NCBI RefSeq assembly: GCF_006345805.1
Contig: NC_043025.1
Coordinates: forward strand, 11,594,001 to 11,658,000
DNA: 64,000 nucleotides
Source of the DNA: Octopus sinensis
Lineage: Eukaryota
Direction of reading: 5' to 3'
Numbering within the stretch: the stretch's first letter is position 1; the number at the start of each line of letters is the position of its first letter. Shown here piece by piece: positions 13,488-25,469 of the stretch. Position numbers and translations under genes: made by a program. The notes beneath the pieces were generated by a model. That model made no database searches. It was given only the letters and a program-made list of their open reading frames with translations, and was not told where the DNA came from.

Positions 13488-13488
13488 T
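13086..13488. repeat. (AAT)n microsatellite with periodic ATCT interruptions (15-18 bp higher-order unit)
   Basis: Direct reading of the sequence. Confidence 0.95.
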
Positions 13489-14157
13489 ATATCTCAACAG
13501 GCATGATAGAGCTGCACAATATATTCACTGGGTAATCTGCAAAAACCTGGATTTGCCCCATGAAAAAAACTGGTGGGAACACAAACCACCCCCAGTGCTT
13601 GAAAATGCCCACATCTCACTCCTCTGGAACTTCACCATTCAAACTGACAGAAAGATAGATGCAAATAGGCCAGACATCATATTGAAAGACTTCAGACAAA
13701 GAACATGCCTCCTCATTGATATGACTGTCCCAATCGATATAAACGTATCTGTCAAGACCTACAAAAAACTGAGCAAATATAAAGATCTTGAAATAGAAAT
13801 CAGCAAAATGTGGAACCTGAAGACTAAAATAATGCCTGTTGTCATAGGTGCCCTGGGAATGATAGCAAAATGGCTGATTGCTACCTAACTCAGATACCAG
13901 GAAACCCCAAAATGGCAGAAATTCAAGAGATAGTGCTCATGGGAACTGCTCATATCCTACGCAAAATACTTTCTATGTAATCTCAAGTTTTAAAACAAAC
14001 ATAATTTAGACATTCACTAGTACAACACCAAAAAAAAAACAACCAAATATATGGCACACTAGGCATAACAACAACATGAACTTCCAACCTGTTGTCTCTT
14101 GAGGTCTCTGGGTGAGACTTGGAGCCAACTTGTACAGACATAAAGCAAAAGTCAAAC

Positions 14158-14216
<59 letters not shown>
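13489..14216 (+). mobile_element. 3' end of an RLE-encoding non-LTR retrotransposon (R4/Dong-like) with (AAT)n tail
   Basis: YLNRHDRAAQYIHW...WWEHKP...LLWNFTIQTD...NRPDI...LIDMTVP...KKLSKYKDL...PVVIGALG, then a frameshift and IQEIVLMGTAHILRKILSM* (stop at 13980). These are the RHD, PD..D and K..KY motifs of the restriction-like endonuclease. Confidence 0.85.
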
Positions 14217-14218
<2 letters not shown>

Positions 14219-15310
14219 GCTCAATACCACAGATTTGCTTATCAGTTGTTTGACCTTAACCAGTTGAGCATGTCCCTTAGTGGATGACGATATGTGCATC
14301 TCTGATCATGAGCAGAAGTAGTGGGGGAGCATCATAGCCATGTGTTGAGAGGGATTTTTGGGAGTTTGAATAATTCACCTCTGGAAACATGGGTGTTTCA
14401 TTCAACATCCTTAAACAACCCTTATTCAGGGATCTTTTCAGTGGGATGGGTTACTCGACCAGAAGAAAATTCTAACTGGGCCCCACCTGCAAGGTCATGC
14501 GCTGTTTATCTTGATATGAGATCACCATGTCACGCACATATGGTTGTGATGCATGTGCCTAGTGTACCCTTATCAGACGGGTAGTCATGAAGGGTATACT
14601 GGGCTTCGTATATTTTACCCCAGTGTCACTTTGATGGCATGCACTGCTCTCTCACTCAATAATAATAATGGCACATATGGTTGTGATGCATGTGCCTAGT
14701 GTACCCTTATCAGACGGGTAGTCATGATGGGTATACTGGGCTTCGTATATTTTACCCCAGTGTCACTTTGATGGCATGCACTGCTCTCTCACTCAATAAT
14801 AATAATAATGATAATAATAATAATAAAGATGATAATAATAATAATTTCTTTTATTTGCTACCAGGGCAAAGGATGAAAGGATGAAAGGAATAATACAAAG
14901 GCAGACATAAAGTGCAGACATTTACCGATACTGGAATGATTAAAAAAAAGAGAAGGGAAAGTACTCATGATATACATTACAAGAAGGGAAGTTTGTATAG
15001 TATAATGACATTAAGGAAAAATCTGTGGTAGTGATGGAGTCCTTCTCATACAGGAGGGCCTCTAGGGACAGTTGAGGAATTCTGCCATTCAAGATCTCCT
15101 TGAATAGCAAGGACAAGTGCATTTTCCAACTCCTTTCCTTCAACTGGTTTCAAGACTCTATCCTAAGGTGCCCTGCAGTGAGATTGAACCTGCATCCTGT
15201 GATTGGTAAGCGAATTTCTTACCACACAGCCAGCAAAAGTGAACCTAAAACAATGGTGATAACTCTATCGATACGTCACCCCCTTTTAATGCCATGATGT
15301 TCCTCTAGGA

Positions 15311-15950
15311 CAGTGGTTTTCAACCGGGGTTCCGCGGAACCTTAGGGCTCCGCCAGTACAGTCCTGGGGTCCCGCAAGAAGTTACAAAACTGCTAAAATC
15401 GGCAGTAATTTTTAATTCTCCTGTGCAGATATGTCTCTTTCTCTTTCTCTTTTACTTGTTTCAGTCATTTGACTGCGGCCATGCTGGAGCACCGCCTTTA
15501 GTCGAGCAAATCGTCCCCGGGACTTATTCTTTGTAAGCCCAGTACTTATTCTATCGGTCTCTTTTTGCCGAACCGCTAAGTGACGGGGACGTAAACACAC
15601 CAGCATCGGTTGTCAAGCAATGCTAGGGGGACAAACACAGACACACATACACTTATATATATAGATATATATATATACATATATACAACAGGCTTCTTTC
15701 AGTTTCTGTCTACCAAATCCACTCACAAGGCATTGGTCGGCCAGAGGCTATAGTATAAGACACTTGCCCAAGATGCCACGCAGTGGGACTGAACCCGGAA
15801 CCATGAGGTTGGTTAGCAAGCTACTTACCACACAGCCACTCCTGCGCCTTTATGTGTGCATAAAACTATTAAATTATAGCACAGGGGTTCCCCGAGCCAG
15901 TGGAATGTTTCCTTGGGGTTCCGCTCCAGCAAAAAGTTTGAAAAGCACTG
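15311..15950 (+). mobile_element. hAT (Charlie-like) MITE with a nested SINE (about 15440-15845)
   Basis: TIRs CAGTGGTTTTCAA / TTGAAAAGCACTG and a near-perfect 8-bp TSD ctctagga/ctctaggg. Confidence 0.85.
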
Positions 15951-16081
15951 CTCTAGGGTCTCAATCAGCTGAAATTCCTTTTTCTCTCACATGCACACAC
16001 ACACACACACACACACTCTCTCTCTCTCTCTCTCTCTGTTTGTCTCTCTTTCAGAATGGATGAAATGACTGTTGTACTCAC

Positions 16082-16206
16082 GCTTGTGGTGCCCCTCCAA
16101 TGCCAAACCCGACAAGCCCTCGTAAGACAAGGATCCAAATAAATGTAGGTGAGAAGGCGCTGAGGATACCAAAGTAACAGGTGAACAGAGACGAGGCAAT
16201 CAGAGC
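16082..16206 (-). CDS. SVOP: SVOP exon 5 ([42 protein letters not shown])
   Basis: ttccag acceptor and gtgagt donor, 125 nt. [11 protein letters not shown] is as in SVOP. Confidence 0.96.
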
Positions 16207-16221
16207 CTGGAATGAAGATGG

Positions 16222-16905
16222 TTATAAAAGGGGACAGTTACAAAAGGGGACAGTTATAAAAGGGGACAGTTACAAAAGGAACATTTATAGAAAGGAAAGG
16301 GGTAGCAACAAATAAGGATTGTGATAAGAGGGTGAGGTTATAAAAGGGGACAGTTGTGAAAGGGGACAGTCACAAAAGGGGTCAATTATAAAAGGGGATA
16401 TTTACAAGAGGGGACATTTATAGAAAGGAAAGGGATAGCTACAAATAAGGATTGTAATAAGAGGGAGCAGTTATAAAATGGGACAGCTGTGAAAGGGGAC
16501 AGTCACAAAAGGTGACACAAAAGGAGGCAGTTATAAAAGGGGACATTTCAAGAGGGAACATTTCAAGGGGGGACATTCAAGAGGGGACATTTATAGAAAG
16601 GGAAGGGATAGCTACAAATAAGGATTGTAATAAGAGGGAGCAGTTATAAAATGGGACAGCTGTGAAAGGGGACAGTCACAAAAGGAGGCAGTTATAAAAG
16701 GGGTCATTTAGAAGAGGCGACATTTATAGAAAGGAAAGGGATAGCTACAAATAAGGATTGTAATAAAAGGGAATAGTCATAAAATGAGACAGTTGTGAAA
16801 GGGGACACTTACAAAAAGAGGCAGTTATAAAAGGGGATAAGTATTAAAAAGAATTATAAAAGGAGACATTTACAAGAGGGAACATTTATAGAAAGGAAAG
16901 GGATA
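16222..16905. repeat. Purine-rich minisatellite (about 20-bp AAAGGGGACAGTTAT subunits) with 133-173 bp higher-order blocks
   Basis: The anchor ACATTTATAGAAAGG recurs at 16281, 16414, 16587, 16720 and 16882. Confidence 0.85.
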
Positions 16906-17635
16906 TGTATAATGTATATATGTAAGTGTGTGTTATGTTGTTTGTTTGTTCCTTCTCGAGCCATGCCTGGCTCATAAGGGTTTCTTTGGCATATAGTTCC
17001 CCCACCTGGACGGGATGCCAGTCCGTTGCAGGTGAGTCGCAAGATGCAGGAGGAGAGAGTGAGAGAAAGTTGTGGCTAAAGAGTCAGCAGAAGTTTTGCC
17101 ATTACCTTCTGCCAGAGCCGCATGGAGCTTAGGTGTTTCACTCATAAACGCACACATCGCCTGGTCTGAAATTCAAACCCGCGATCCCTCGACTGCGAGT
17201 CTGCTGCTCTAACCACTAGGCCATGTACCTCCACAATGTTCCTTCTTGAGCCGTGCCAGGCTCATAAGGGCTGGTTTCCAGGTTTCTTTGGCGTATAGGT
17301 TCCCCCCCACCTGGACGGGACGCCAGTCCGTCGCAGGTGAGCTGCAAGATGCAGGAGGAAAGAGTGAGAGAAAGTTGTGGCGAAAGAGTCAGCAGAAGTT
17401 TCGCCATTACCTTCTGCCGGAGCTGCGTGGAGCTTAGGTGTTTCGCTCATAAACACACACATTGCCCAGTGTGCGATTCGAACCCGCGATCGCTCGACCG
17501 CAACTCCGCTGCTCTAACCACTAGGCCATGTGCCTCCATGTTGTGTGTGTGTGTGTGTGTGTAACTGCTGTATCACAAGCCCACCTCAAGTAGCATCTGC
17601 CCTAAAGGGCATGAAGGCAGAATATCAATACTCAC

Positions 17636-17707
17636 CAGCTTTCGTCCATATTTATCACAGAAACTTCCCCATAGACTGGAACTGGTCATCATTCCACAAA
17701 AGACAAT
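17636..17707 (-). CDS. SVOP: SVOP exon 4 (IVFCGMMTSSSLWGSFCDKYGRKL)
   Basis: tttttcag acceptor and gtgagt donor, 72 nt. Contains the MFS motif A-like G-x3-D-x2-GRK. Confidence 0.96.
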
Positions 17708-17880
17708 CTGAAAAACAGGAAAAGCAGGGTGAGCATAGAGTAAGACACGGTATCGGGGTAGATGTAGGGGATAGACAATTGTTAGGGTATAGATAGTTAT
17801 GTGTAAGATAAGGGTAGAAATGTGTCAGAGCAGAGTGGTAAAGGCAGTCAGTTGTAAGATAAGGGTCGATGTATATAAGG

Positions 17881-18099
17881 CAGTGCTTTTCAACCTTTTT
17901 GCTGGAGCGGAACCCCAAGGAAACATTCCACTGGCTTGAGGAACCCCTGTGCAATAATTTAATAGTCTTCTGCACACATATCTGCACAGGAAAATTAAAA
18001 ATTACTGTCGGTTTTAGCAGTTTTGTAACTTCTTGCGGAACCCCTGGACTGTACTGGCGGAACCCTAATATTCCGCGAAACCCTGGTTGAAAACCACTG
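17881..18099 (-). mobile_element. hAT MITE, same family, opposite orientation (219 bp)
   Basis: TIRs CAGTGCTTTTCAACC / GGTTGAAAACCACTG and a perfect 8-bp TSD atataagg. Confidence 0.9.
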
Positions 18100-18291
18100 A
18101 TATAAGGGTAGATGTGTTTTGGCGTATATGCGGACAGTGTAAGATAAGGGTGGAAATAAGAGAGAGGACATGTATCAGGGTATATAAAGTGACAGGGAGA
18201 CTGGAGAGGAGAGAGGGATATAGAGGAAGAAACACACCAGCATCGGTTGTCAAGCTATGTTGGGGAGACAAACACAGACACACAAACATAT

Positions 18292-18360
<69 letters not shown>

Positions 18361-18502
18361 TACGATGGGCTTCTGTTCAGTTTCCATCTTGGTCGGCCCG
18401 AGGCTATAGTAGAAGACACTTGCCCAAGGTGCCACGCAGTGGGACTGAACCTGGAACCATGTGGTTGGTAAGCAAGCGACTTACCACACAGCCACTCCTA
18501 CG

Positions 18503-18562
<60 letters not shown>

Positions 18563-18809
18563 CATATATATATATACATATATATATATATACATACATA
18601 TATATGCCATGGGCTTCTTTCAGTTTCCGTCTACCAAATTCACTCACAGGGCTTTGGTTGGCCCGAGGCTATAGTAGAAGACACTTGCCCAAGGTGCCAC
18701 ACAGTGGGACTGAACCTGGAACCTATAGCCTCGGGCTGACCAAAGCCTTGTGAGTGGATTTGGTAGACGGAAACTGAAAAGAAGCCCGTCGTATATATAT
18801 ATATATAGT

Positions 18810-19010
18810 TAATCCAAACGTGAAAGCACAAAAAACACAACGTGAGGATGTGGAACAAATATAGTATTATTGGATGCTCAGGAAAGAAGGAAAGAAAGAC
18901 GGTTTAACGTTTTGAGCGGAGCTCTTCGTCGGAAACATAGGAGAAGGAAAGATCCAGAGAAGGGAAGACAGAGGAAAAAAAATCACCAACGGTACACATG
19001 CGGTCACATT
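18810..19010 (-). mobile_element. Penelope-like pLTR fragment with decayed minimal hammerhead (18902-18938)
   Basis: Minus strand GTTT-CCGACGA-A-GAGC tcc GCTC-AAAACGTT-AAAC is a minimal hammerhead layout with palindromic ACGT in place of stem III, but the core is mutated (CCGACGA, AAAA). A related fragment without the motif lies at about 49805-49885. Confidence 0.5.
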
Positions 19011-19014
19011 ATGT

Positions 19015-19625
19015 ATGTGTGTATGGGAGCTGTGCTGGTTTCTAACTTTGTAAACATGTCCATGGGTGTTAGACAGGGGGAGTTTGAAAAGGTGCTCAGA
19101 GTTATTGTTAGTAAGATGGTTAATAATTTTATGGGTGTCTGCCAAGTCAGCTGCCAGACGTCGGAGTTTCAATGTATCCATTCCCAGGGAAGTAAGGCGT
19201 TCAGAATATGGCAAATGCCTGATGGAGTGTATTCACTTGGTTGTACGTCACTGAACAGTTTCCAGGGAGAACATCAGGTGTAGTGTTGGTGAATCTTATG
19301 AAGCATGGAAGTTTTGAAGGATGCAGTGCTCCAACAACTAACAACTGATGCCAGCAGCTTGTTCCATGCTTCAGCAACTCTTAGCGTGAAAAAATGTTTC
19401 CGAAAGTCATGGGAGCTGTGCTGTTTTCTGACTTTGTAAACATGTCCACGGCTGTTAGACAGGTGGAGTTCAAAAAGGTGCTCAGAGTTATTGTTTGTAA
19501 GATGGTTAATAATTTTATGGGTGTCTGCCAATTCAGCTGCCAGATGTTGGAGTTTCAATGTATCCATGCCCAGGGAAGTAAGGCATTCAGAATATGGCAA
19601 ATGCTTGATGGAGGCTATTCTCTTG
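19015..19625 (-). mobile_element. Two adjacent 3' fragments of a CR1/L2-type LINE
   Basis: PYSERLTSLGMDTLKLRRLAADL...RGHVYKVRKQHSSHDFRKHFFTLRVAEAWNKL. Another copy lies at about 38030-38290. Confidence 0.8.
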
Positions 19626-19694
19626 AGGGAGTTGTAAGTTAAGCAGGTAGATGCATGTAGATAAAAGAAAGTTAGGGTAGTAGTGAGCACTTAC

Positions 19695-19793
19695 GGTAGT
19701 GAGGAGGGCTTGTTTTATTCCAGTCAAACCCCAAGCACAATGGAGAGCAGGGGAGAGGATACTCAGAATCATCATCTCCATAGCATCGGACAT
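19695..19793 (-). CDS. SVOP: SVOP exon 3 ([33 protein letters not shown])
   Basis: tttccag acceptor and gtaagt donor, 99 nt. Contains the SVOP signature [11 protein letters not shown]. Confidence 0.97.
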
Positions 19794-20538
19794 CTGGAAA
19801 GAATGAAAACAAGGTATTAATAATAATAATTGTAATTTTGGTTTGTCTTGGTAGGGTCATTATGTCAATAATAACACATGCACAGGTACAATTCCACTTC
19901 TTTATTATTAGATAATTGGTTAAATATCTCAACCAACAAACTAATTGGTCAGTAGTTTGTTAGTCAAAGTTCTTTTGTTGCTGTTTGTGACCTTTACAGT
20001 CACTTCGCGTCTGTGTGTGTGTTATTATTGGTGTAATGATCCTCCCAGAACACAGCAAAAATTGTTTCACCACACAAATTCATATCAAGAATCTTGCAAA
20101 CCAAATACAGAAACAAAATAAAAATAATAATAATGATGATGATTTCAAATTTTGGCACAAGGCCAGCAGTTTCAGGGATGAGGCAAAACCATTTACATTG
20201 ACCCTGAAAGGATAAAAGGCAAAGTTGACCTCTGTGAAATTTGAACTCAGAACGTAAAGATGGATGAAATGCAGATAAGCATCTTTTCCGGTGTGTTAAA
20301 GATTCTGCCATACTCTCTGTCTTTTACTCTTTTATTTGTTTCAGTCATCTGACTGCGGCCATGCTGGAGCACCGCCTTTAGTTGAGCAAATCAACCCCGG
20401 GACTTATTCTTTTGTAAGCCCAGTACTTATCCTATCGGTCTCTTTTGCAGAACCGCTAAGTGACGGGGGACGTAAACACACCAGCATCGGTTGTCAAGTA
20501 ATGCCAGGGGGACAAACACAGACACACAAACACACACG

Positions 20539-20572
<34 letters not shown>

Positions 20573-21254
20573 TACGACAGGCTTCTTTCAGTTTCCGTCT
20601 ACCAAATCCACTCACAAGGCATTGGTCGGCCCGGGGCTATAGTAGAAGACACTTGTCCAAGAGGCCACGCAGTGTACTGAACCCGGAACCATGTGGTTGG
20701 TTAGCAAGCTACTTACCACACAGCCATACACATATATATATTACAGAATATATAGATTACAGAATTAACACAGGTTATAGGAAGATAAACCTTCTCCCAC
20801 GAAAAGATAGCTTCAACTGTGCTCTAAATGGAGGTGTAGTCAAATCTTACTTCATGGACTCAACCATGTTCTAAAATAATTTGAAAGATAAGCTACTATA
20901 AATTGGCACGAACTCTCTAGACATCCCAGCTGAGCTTCAGCAATTTTTGTCTGGTTCCCAAAGCATCAAGTGCCGAAAATGAACTTTCTTATCTTCCATT
21001 TTAAAGGGTTACAGAATTAACACAGGTTATAGGAACATAAACCTTCTTCCACGAGAAGATAGCTTAAACTGTGCTCTAAATGGAGGTGTTGTCAAATCCT
21101 ATTTTATGGACTCAACCATGTTCTAAAATAAGTCGAAAGGTAAGCTACTATAAATCGGCACGGACTTTCCGGACAACCCAATATATATATATATATATAT
21201 ATATACCAAAATCAAAATTAAAATCGATCAACATCAATGGAAATTGTAGCTGTG

Positions 21255-21700
21255 ATACCAGTGCTGGTGGCACATAAGAGAACCATCTGAACATGGCTGT
21301 TGCCAGCACCACCCCGACTGGCCTCCGTGCTGGTGGCACGTAAGAAGCACCATCCGATCGTGGCCGTTTGCCAGCCTCGTCTGGCACCTGTACCGGTGGC
21401 ACGTAAAAAGCACCATCCGATCGTGGCCATTTGGCAGCCTCGCCTGGCATCCATGCCGGTGACACGTAAAAAGCACCATCCGATCGTGGCCGTTTGCCAG
21501 CCTCATCTGGCACCTGTGTAGGTGGCACGTAAAAACCACCCACTACACTCATGGAGTGGTTGGTGTTAGGAAGGGCATCCAGCCGTAGAAACACTTCCAG
21601 ATCAGACTGGAGCCTGGTGCAGCCTCCTGGCTTCCCAGATCCCAGTTGAACCGTCCAACCCATGCTAGCATGGAAAACGGACGCTAAACGATGATGATGA
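21255..21700 (+). mobile_element. RTE-tail SINE-like element with internal about 60-bp repeats and (GAT)n tail
   Basis: Ends ...CCAACCCATGCTAGCATGGAAAACGGACGCTAAACGATGATGATG. Other copies at about 9370-9715 (-), 29575-29800 (+), 37185-37770 (-) and 41385-41590 (+). Confidence 0.7.
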
Positions 21701-21723
21701 TGATATATATATATATATATATA

Positions 21724-22092
21724 TCTCTCTATATAAACGGCAGTTTGTCTGTGCGTGTTTCTGTGTGTCTGTTTGCTTGTACCCTCACTCTGACCACGGC
21801 TTTCAACCGATTCTGATGAAACTTGACACACACATAGCCCAATGTCATAATTCAAAACTAACGCAGCGAAAATTTTGAAAAGTTCCCCCAGTTCTGAAAA
21901 AGATTGATAAATTCGACATGGGGTCGACAATCAGAAACATAAACCGCAGATGGTGTAGGGGACGCAACTCGGCCTTTTAACTATCCAAAAAAAATTTACC
22001 ATCATTTTTTGCTATTTTTTGGCTATAACTCTCTAAAAGTGCTTTATAGTTATTTCCCTTACAAACCCGAGCAACGCCGGGCGATACTGCTA

Positions 22093-22093
<1 letters not shown>
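21724..22093 (+). mobile_element. Non-autonomous Helitron
   Basis: 5' TC, a 3' GC-rich hairpin CCCGAGCAACGCCGGG followed by CTAG, and insertion at A|T. Confidence 0.8.
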
Positions 22094-22137
<44 letters not shown>

Positions 22138-22305
22138 CACACACAGACAGACATAGAGGAAAATAATGTGAGAGACAGAGGGGTTGACAGACAGACAGAT
22201 TTACATATATAATGGGGATGGAGAGAGAGAGAGAGAGAGAGAGCTAGATGGGTACAGACACAAAATACATATACTCATACAGACACGTCCATACACACAC
22301 ACACA

Positions 22306-22337
<32 letters not shown>

Positions 22338-22469
22338 CATATATATATACACACACACATGTAGACACCATTCTTCTATTTAATCACCATTTAACCCAGA
22401 TTCTTTTGTCGATCCACAAATGAGTTGACACCATGAGGGGGTAATAGAATTAATTAGTAGATGGTAATG

Positions 22470-22524
22470 GTGATAGCAGTGGTGGTGGTGGTGATGGTGG
22501 TGGTGGTGGTGGTAGTGGTGGTAA

Positions 22525-22571
<47 letters not shown>

Positions 22572-24610
22572 ATCTTAGTGGTGCAACCGGTGGTGGTGGT
22601 GGTGGTGGTGGTAGTAGTGGTGGTGATGTTGGCAGGGTGGAGTTGGTAGTAGTAGCAGTGGTGGTATTGTACACGTGGTGGCGATGGGTGATGGTGGTGG
22701 TGGTAGTGGTAGTAGTAGTAGTAGTAATCTTAGTGGTGCAACCGGTGGTGGTGGTGGTGGTGGTAGTAGTGGTAGTGATGTTGGCAGGGTGGAGGTGGTA
22801 GTAGTAGCGGTGGTGGTATTGTACAGGTGGTGGCGATGGGCGGTGGTGCTAGTGTAGTGCTGTTGATGTGCTAATGTTGGTGTGGTGGTGGTGGTGGTAG
22901 TGTGTTGTAGTGTTGGTTGTGGTGTACCGTAGGGTGGGGTGATGATAGCATGGGGTACATTCTGAAGGTTGATGTAGTATGTAGGTGATGGTCATGGTAT
23001 AGTAGAAACAGTATATCAAATGAATTGTAGGGGTAGTAGTGTGATGGTGGTGGTAGTGGTGGTCGTGGTGGTGGTAGTGTTGGTAGCGTGATTGTTGTGG
23101 TAGCGTGATGGTGGTGGTGGTGGTAGTGGTGGTGGTAGTGGTGGTATTGGTGGTGGTGGTAGCGTGATGGTGGTGGTAGTGCGATGGTGGTGGTAGCATG
23201 ATGGTCGTGGTAGCGTGATGGTGGTGGTGGTGGTAGTGGTGGTATTGGTGGTGGTGGTAGCGTGATGGTGGTGGTAGTGTGATGGTGGTGGTAGCATGAT
23301 GGTCGTGGTAGCGTGATGGTGGTGGTGGTGGTAGTGGTGGTGGTAGTGGTGGTATTGGTGGTGGTGGTAGCGTGATGGTGGTGGTAGTGTGATGGTGGTG
23401 GTAGCATGATGGTCGTGGTAGTGAGATGGTGGTGGTGGTGTGGTAAGAAGGCGGCGAGCTGGCAGAAACGTTAGCACGCAGAGCGAAATGCGTGGCCGTA
23501 TTTCGTCTGTCGTTATGCTGTGAGATCAAATTCCGCCAAGGTCAACTTTACCTTTCATCCTTTCGGGGTCGATAAATCAAGTACCAGTTACGCACTGGGG
23601 TCGATGGAATCGACTTAATACCTATGTCTGTCCTTGTTTGTCCCATCTATGTTTAGCCCCTTGTGGGTAGTAAAGAAATGGGTGGTAGTGTGGTGGTGGT
23701 AGTGGTGGTGGTAGTGTGATGGTGGTGGTTGGTGGTGGTAGTGTGATGGTGGTGGTGGTGGTGGTGGTGGTAGTGGTGGTGGGGGTGGTGGTGGTGGTAG
23801 TGTGGTGGTGGTAGTGGTGGTGGTGGTGGTAATGTGGTGGTGGTGGTAGTGTGGTGGTGGTAGTGGTGGTGGTAGTGTGATGGTGGTAGTGGTGGTGGTA
23901 GTGTGATGGTGGTGGTGGTGGTGGTGGTGGTAGTGTGGTGGTGGTAGTGTGGTGGTGGTGGTGGTGGTGGTGTGGTGGTGGTGGTGGTGGTGGTAGTGTG
24001 ATGGTGGTGGTGGTGGTGGTAGTGTGGTGGTGGTAGCGTGATGGTAGTAGTAGCATGATGAAGATGGTAGTGTGATGGTGGTGGTAGTGGTGGTAGTAGT
24101 AGCATGATGGTGGTGGTAGTGTGATGGTAGTGGTGGTGCTGGTGCTGGCAGCTGTGTCTTAGTAGACACACTGTGGTGACAATGTAGTAGAGACGGTGGT
24201 AGTGGTAATGGTGGTGGTGGTGATGGAGCTGCAAAGGCTGTAGTAGAGATGGCTGAGTCATGTTGTTGTTCTTATAGTTGTAAATGTTCAACCTTTTGGT
24301 TATTCAGTGAGCTTTCATAAACCACCACCACCACCACCACCACCACCACCACCACCACCACCACCACCACCACCACCACCACCACCATCACTACCACCAC
24401 CACCACCACCACCACCACCACCACCCACACACCACCACCACCACCACCACCACACCACCACCACCACCACCACCACCACCACCACCACCACACCACCACC
24501 ACCACCACCCCCACAACCACCACCCCACCACAACCACCACCACCCCACACCACCACCACCGTCACAACTATCGTTGCTGTTACTACTACTACTACTACTA
24601 CCACCACCCT
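22470..24610. repeat. Complex (GGT/AGT)n and (ACC)n trinucleotide arrays with an embedded SINE (23449-23680)
   Basis: Direct reading. These arrays are the source of the poly-H/P/T/V ORFs. Confidence 0.9.
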
Positions 24611-24963
24611 TCTCACTACAGCTCTTTTACTCTTTTACTTGTTTCAGTCATTTGACTGCGGCCATGCTGGAGCACTGCCTTTAGTCGAGCAAATCGACCC
24701 CGGGACTTATTCATTGTAAGCTTCGGTTGTCAAGCGATGTTGGGGGGACAAACACAGACACACAAACATATACACATACATATATATATATATACATACA
24801 TACATACGACAGGCTTCTTTCAGTTTCCGTCTACCAAATCCACTCACAAGGCATTGGTCACCTGAGGCTATAATAGAAGACACTTGCCCAAGGTGCCATG
24901 CAGAGGGACTGAACTGGGAACCATGTGGTTCGTAAGCAAGCTACTTACCACACAGCCACTCCG

Positions 24964-25025
<62 letters not shown>

Positions 25026-25240
25026 TACGACGGGCTTCTTTCAGTTTCCGTCTACTAAATCCACTCACAAGGCTTTGGGGCCCGAGGCTATAGCAGAAGA
25101 CACTTGCCCAAGGGGCCACGCAGTGGGACTGCACCCGGAACCATGTGGTTGGTAAGGAAGCTACTTACCACACAGCCACTTATGTTTTACATATATATAT
25201 ATATATATTTGTTAATGTAATATGTGACAATTATTCGGTA

Positions 25241-25311
25241 GCCATGATAAAACTCCGAGTTTCGGATGCCAAGGTGGAAATCCATGCTGCCATCTCTTCA
25301 GTTATCCGGCC
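25241..25311 (-). ncRNA. Type I hammerhead ribozyme fold (HHR-A), sense to SVOP pre-mRNA
   Basis: Minus strand: GCC-g-GATAA-CTGAAGA-GATG...CATC-C-GAAA-CT cgg AG-TT|TTATC-at-GGC. Stem I is GATAA/TTATC plus GCC/GGC, stem III is 3 bp, and the triplet is GUU. Stem II is irregular with one extra C. Confidence 0.6.
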
Positions 25312-25469
25312 ATCGGAAAAATGCTATGAAAAATGACCGTTAAATAAAAGGAAATTACTGTGTGATTGACCGCTGTTAAGACAAAAGAGCTATTTGAATG
25401 ACCGTAGGGAGTAAAAATAAGGGGGTAAAAAAAAGGTTCATAGTATTCGTGTAAGCATGCATGTTCATA

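Noticed and set aside
14520-14790. Ribozyme in the (AAT)-tailed element (minus-strand CTGATAA)
   Set aside because: The core deviates from CUGANGA and no GAAA follows; only generic hairpins are present.
14940-15143. 67-aa non-repetitive minus-strand ORF as an extra SVOP exon
   Set aside because: Exons 5 and 6 already join in phase with no gap relative to SVOP homologues, and no recognisable motif is present.
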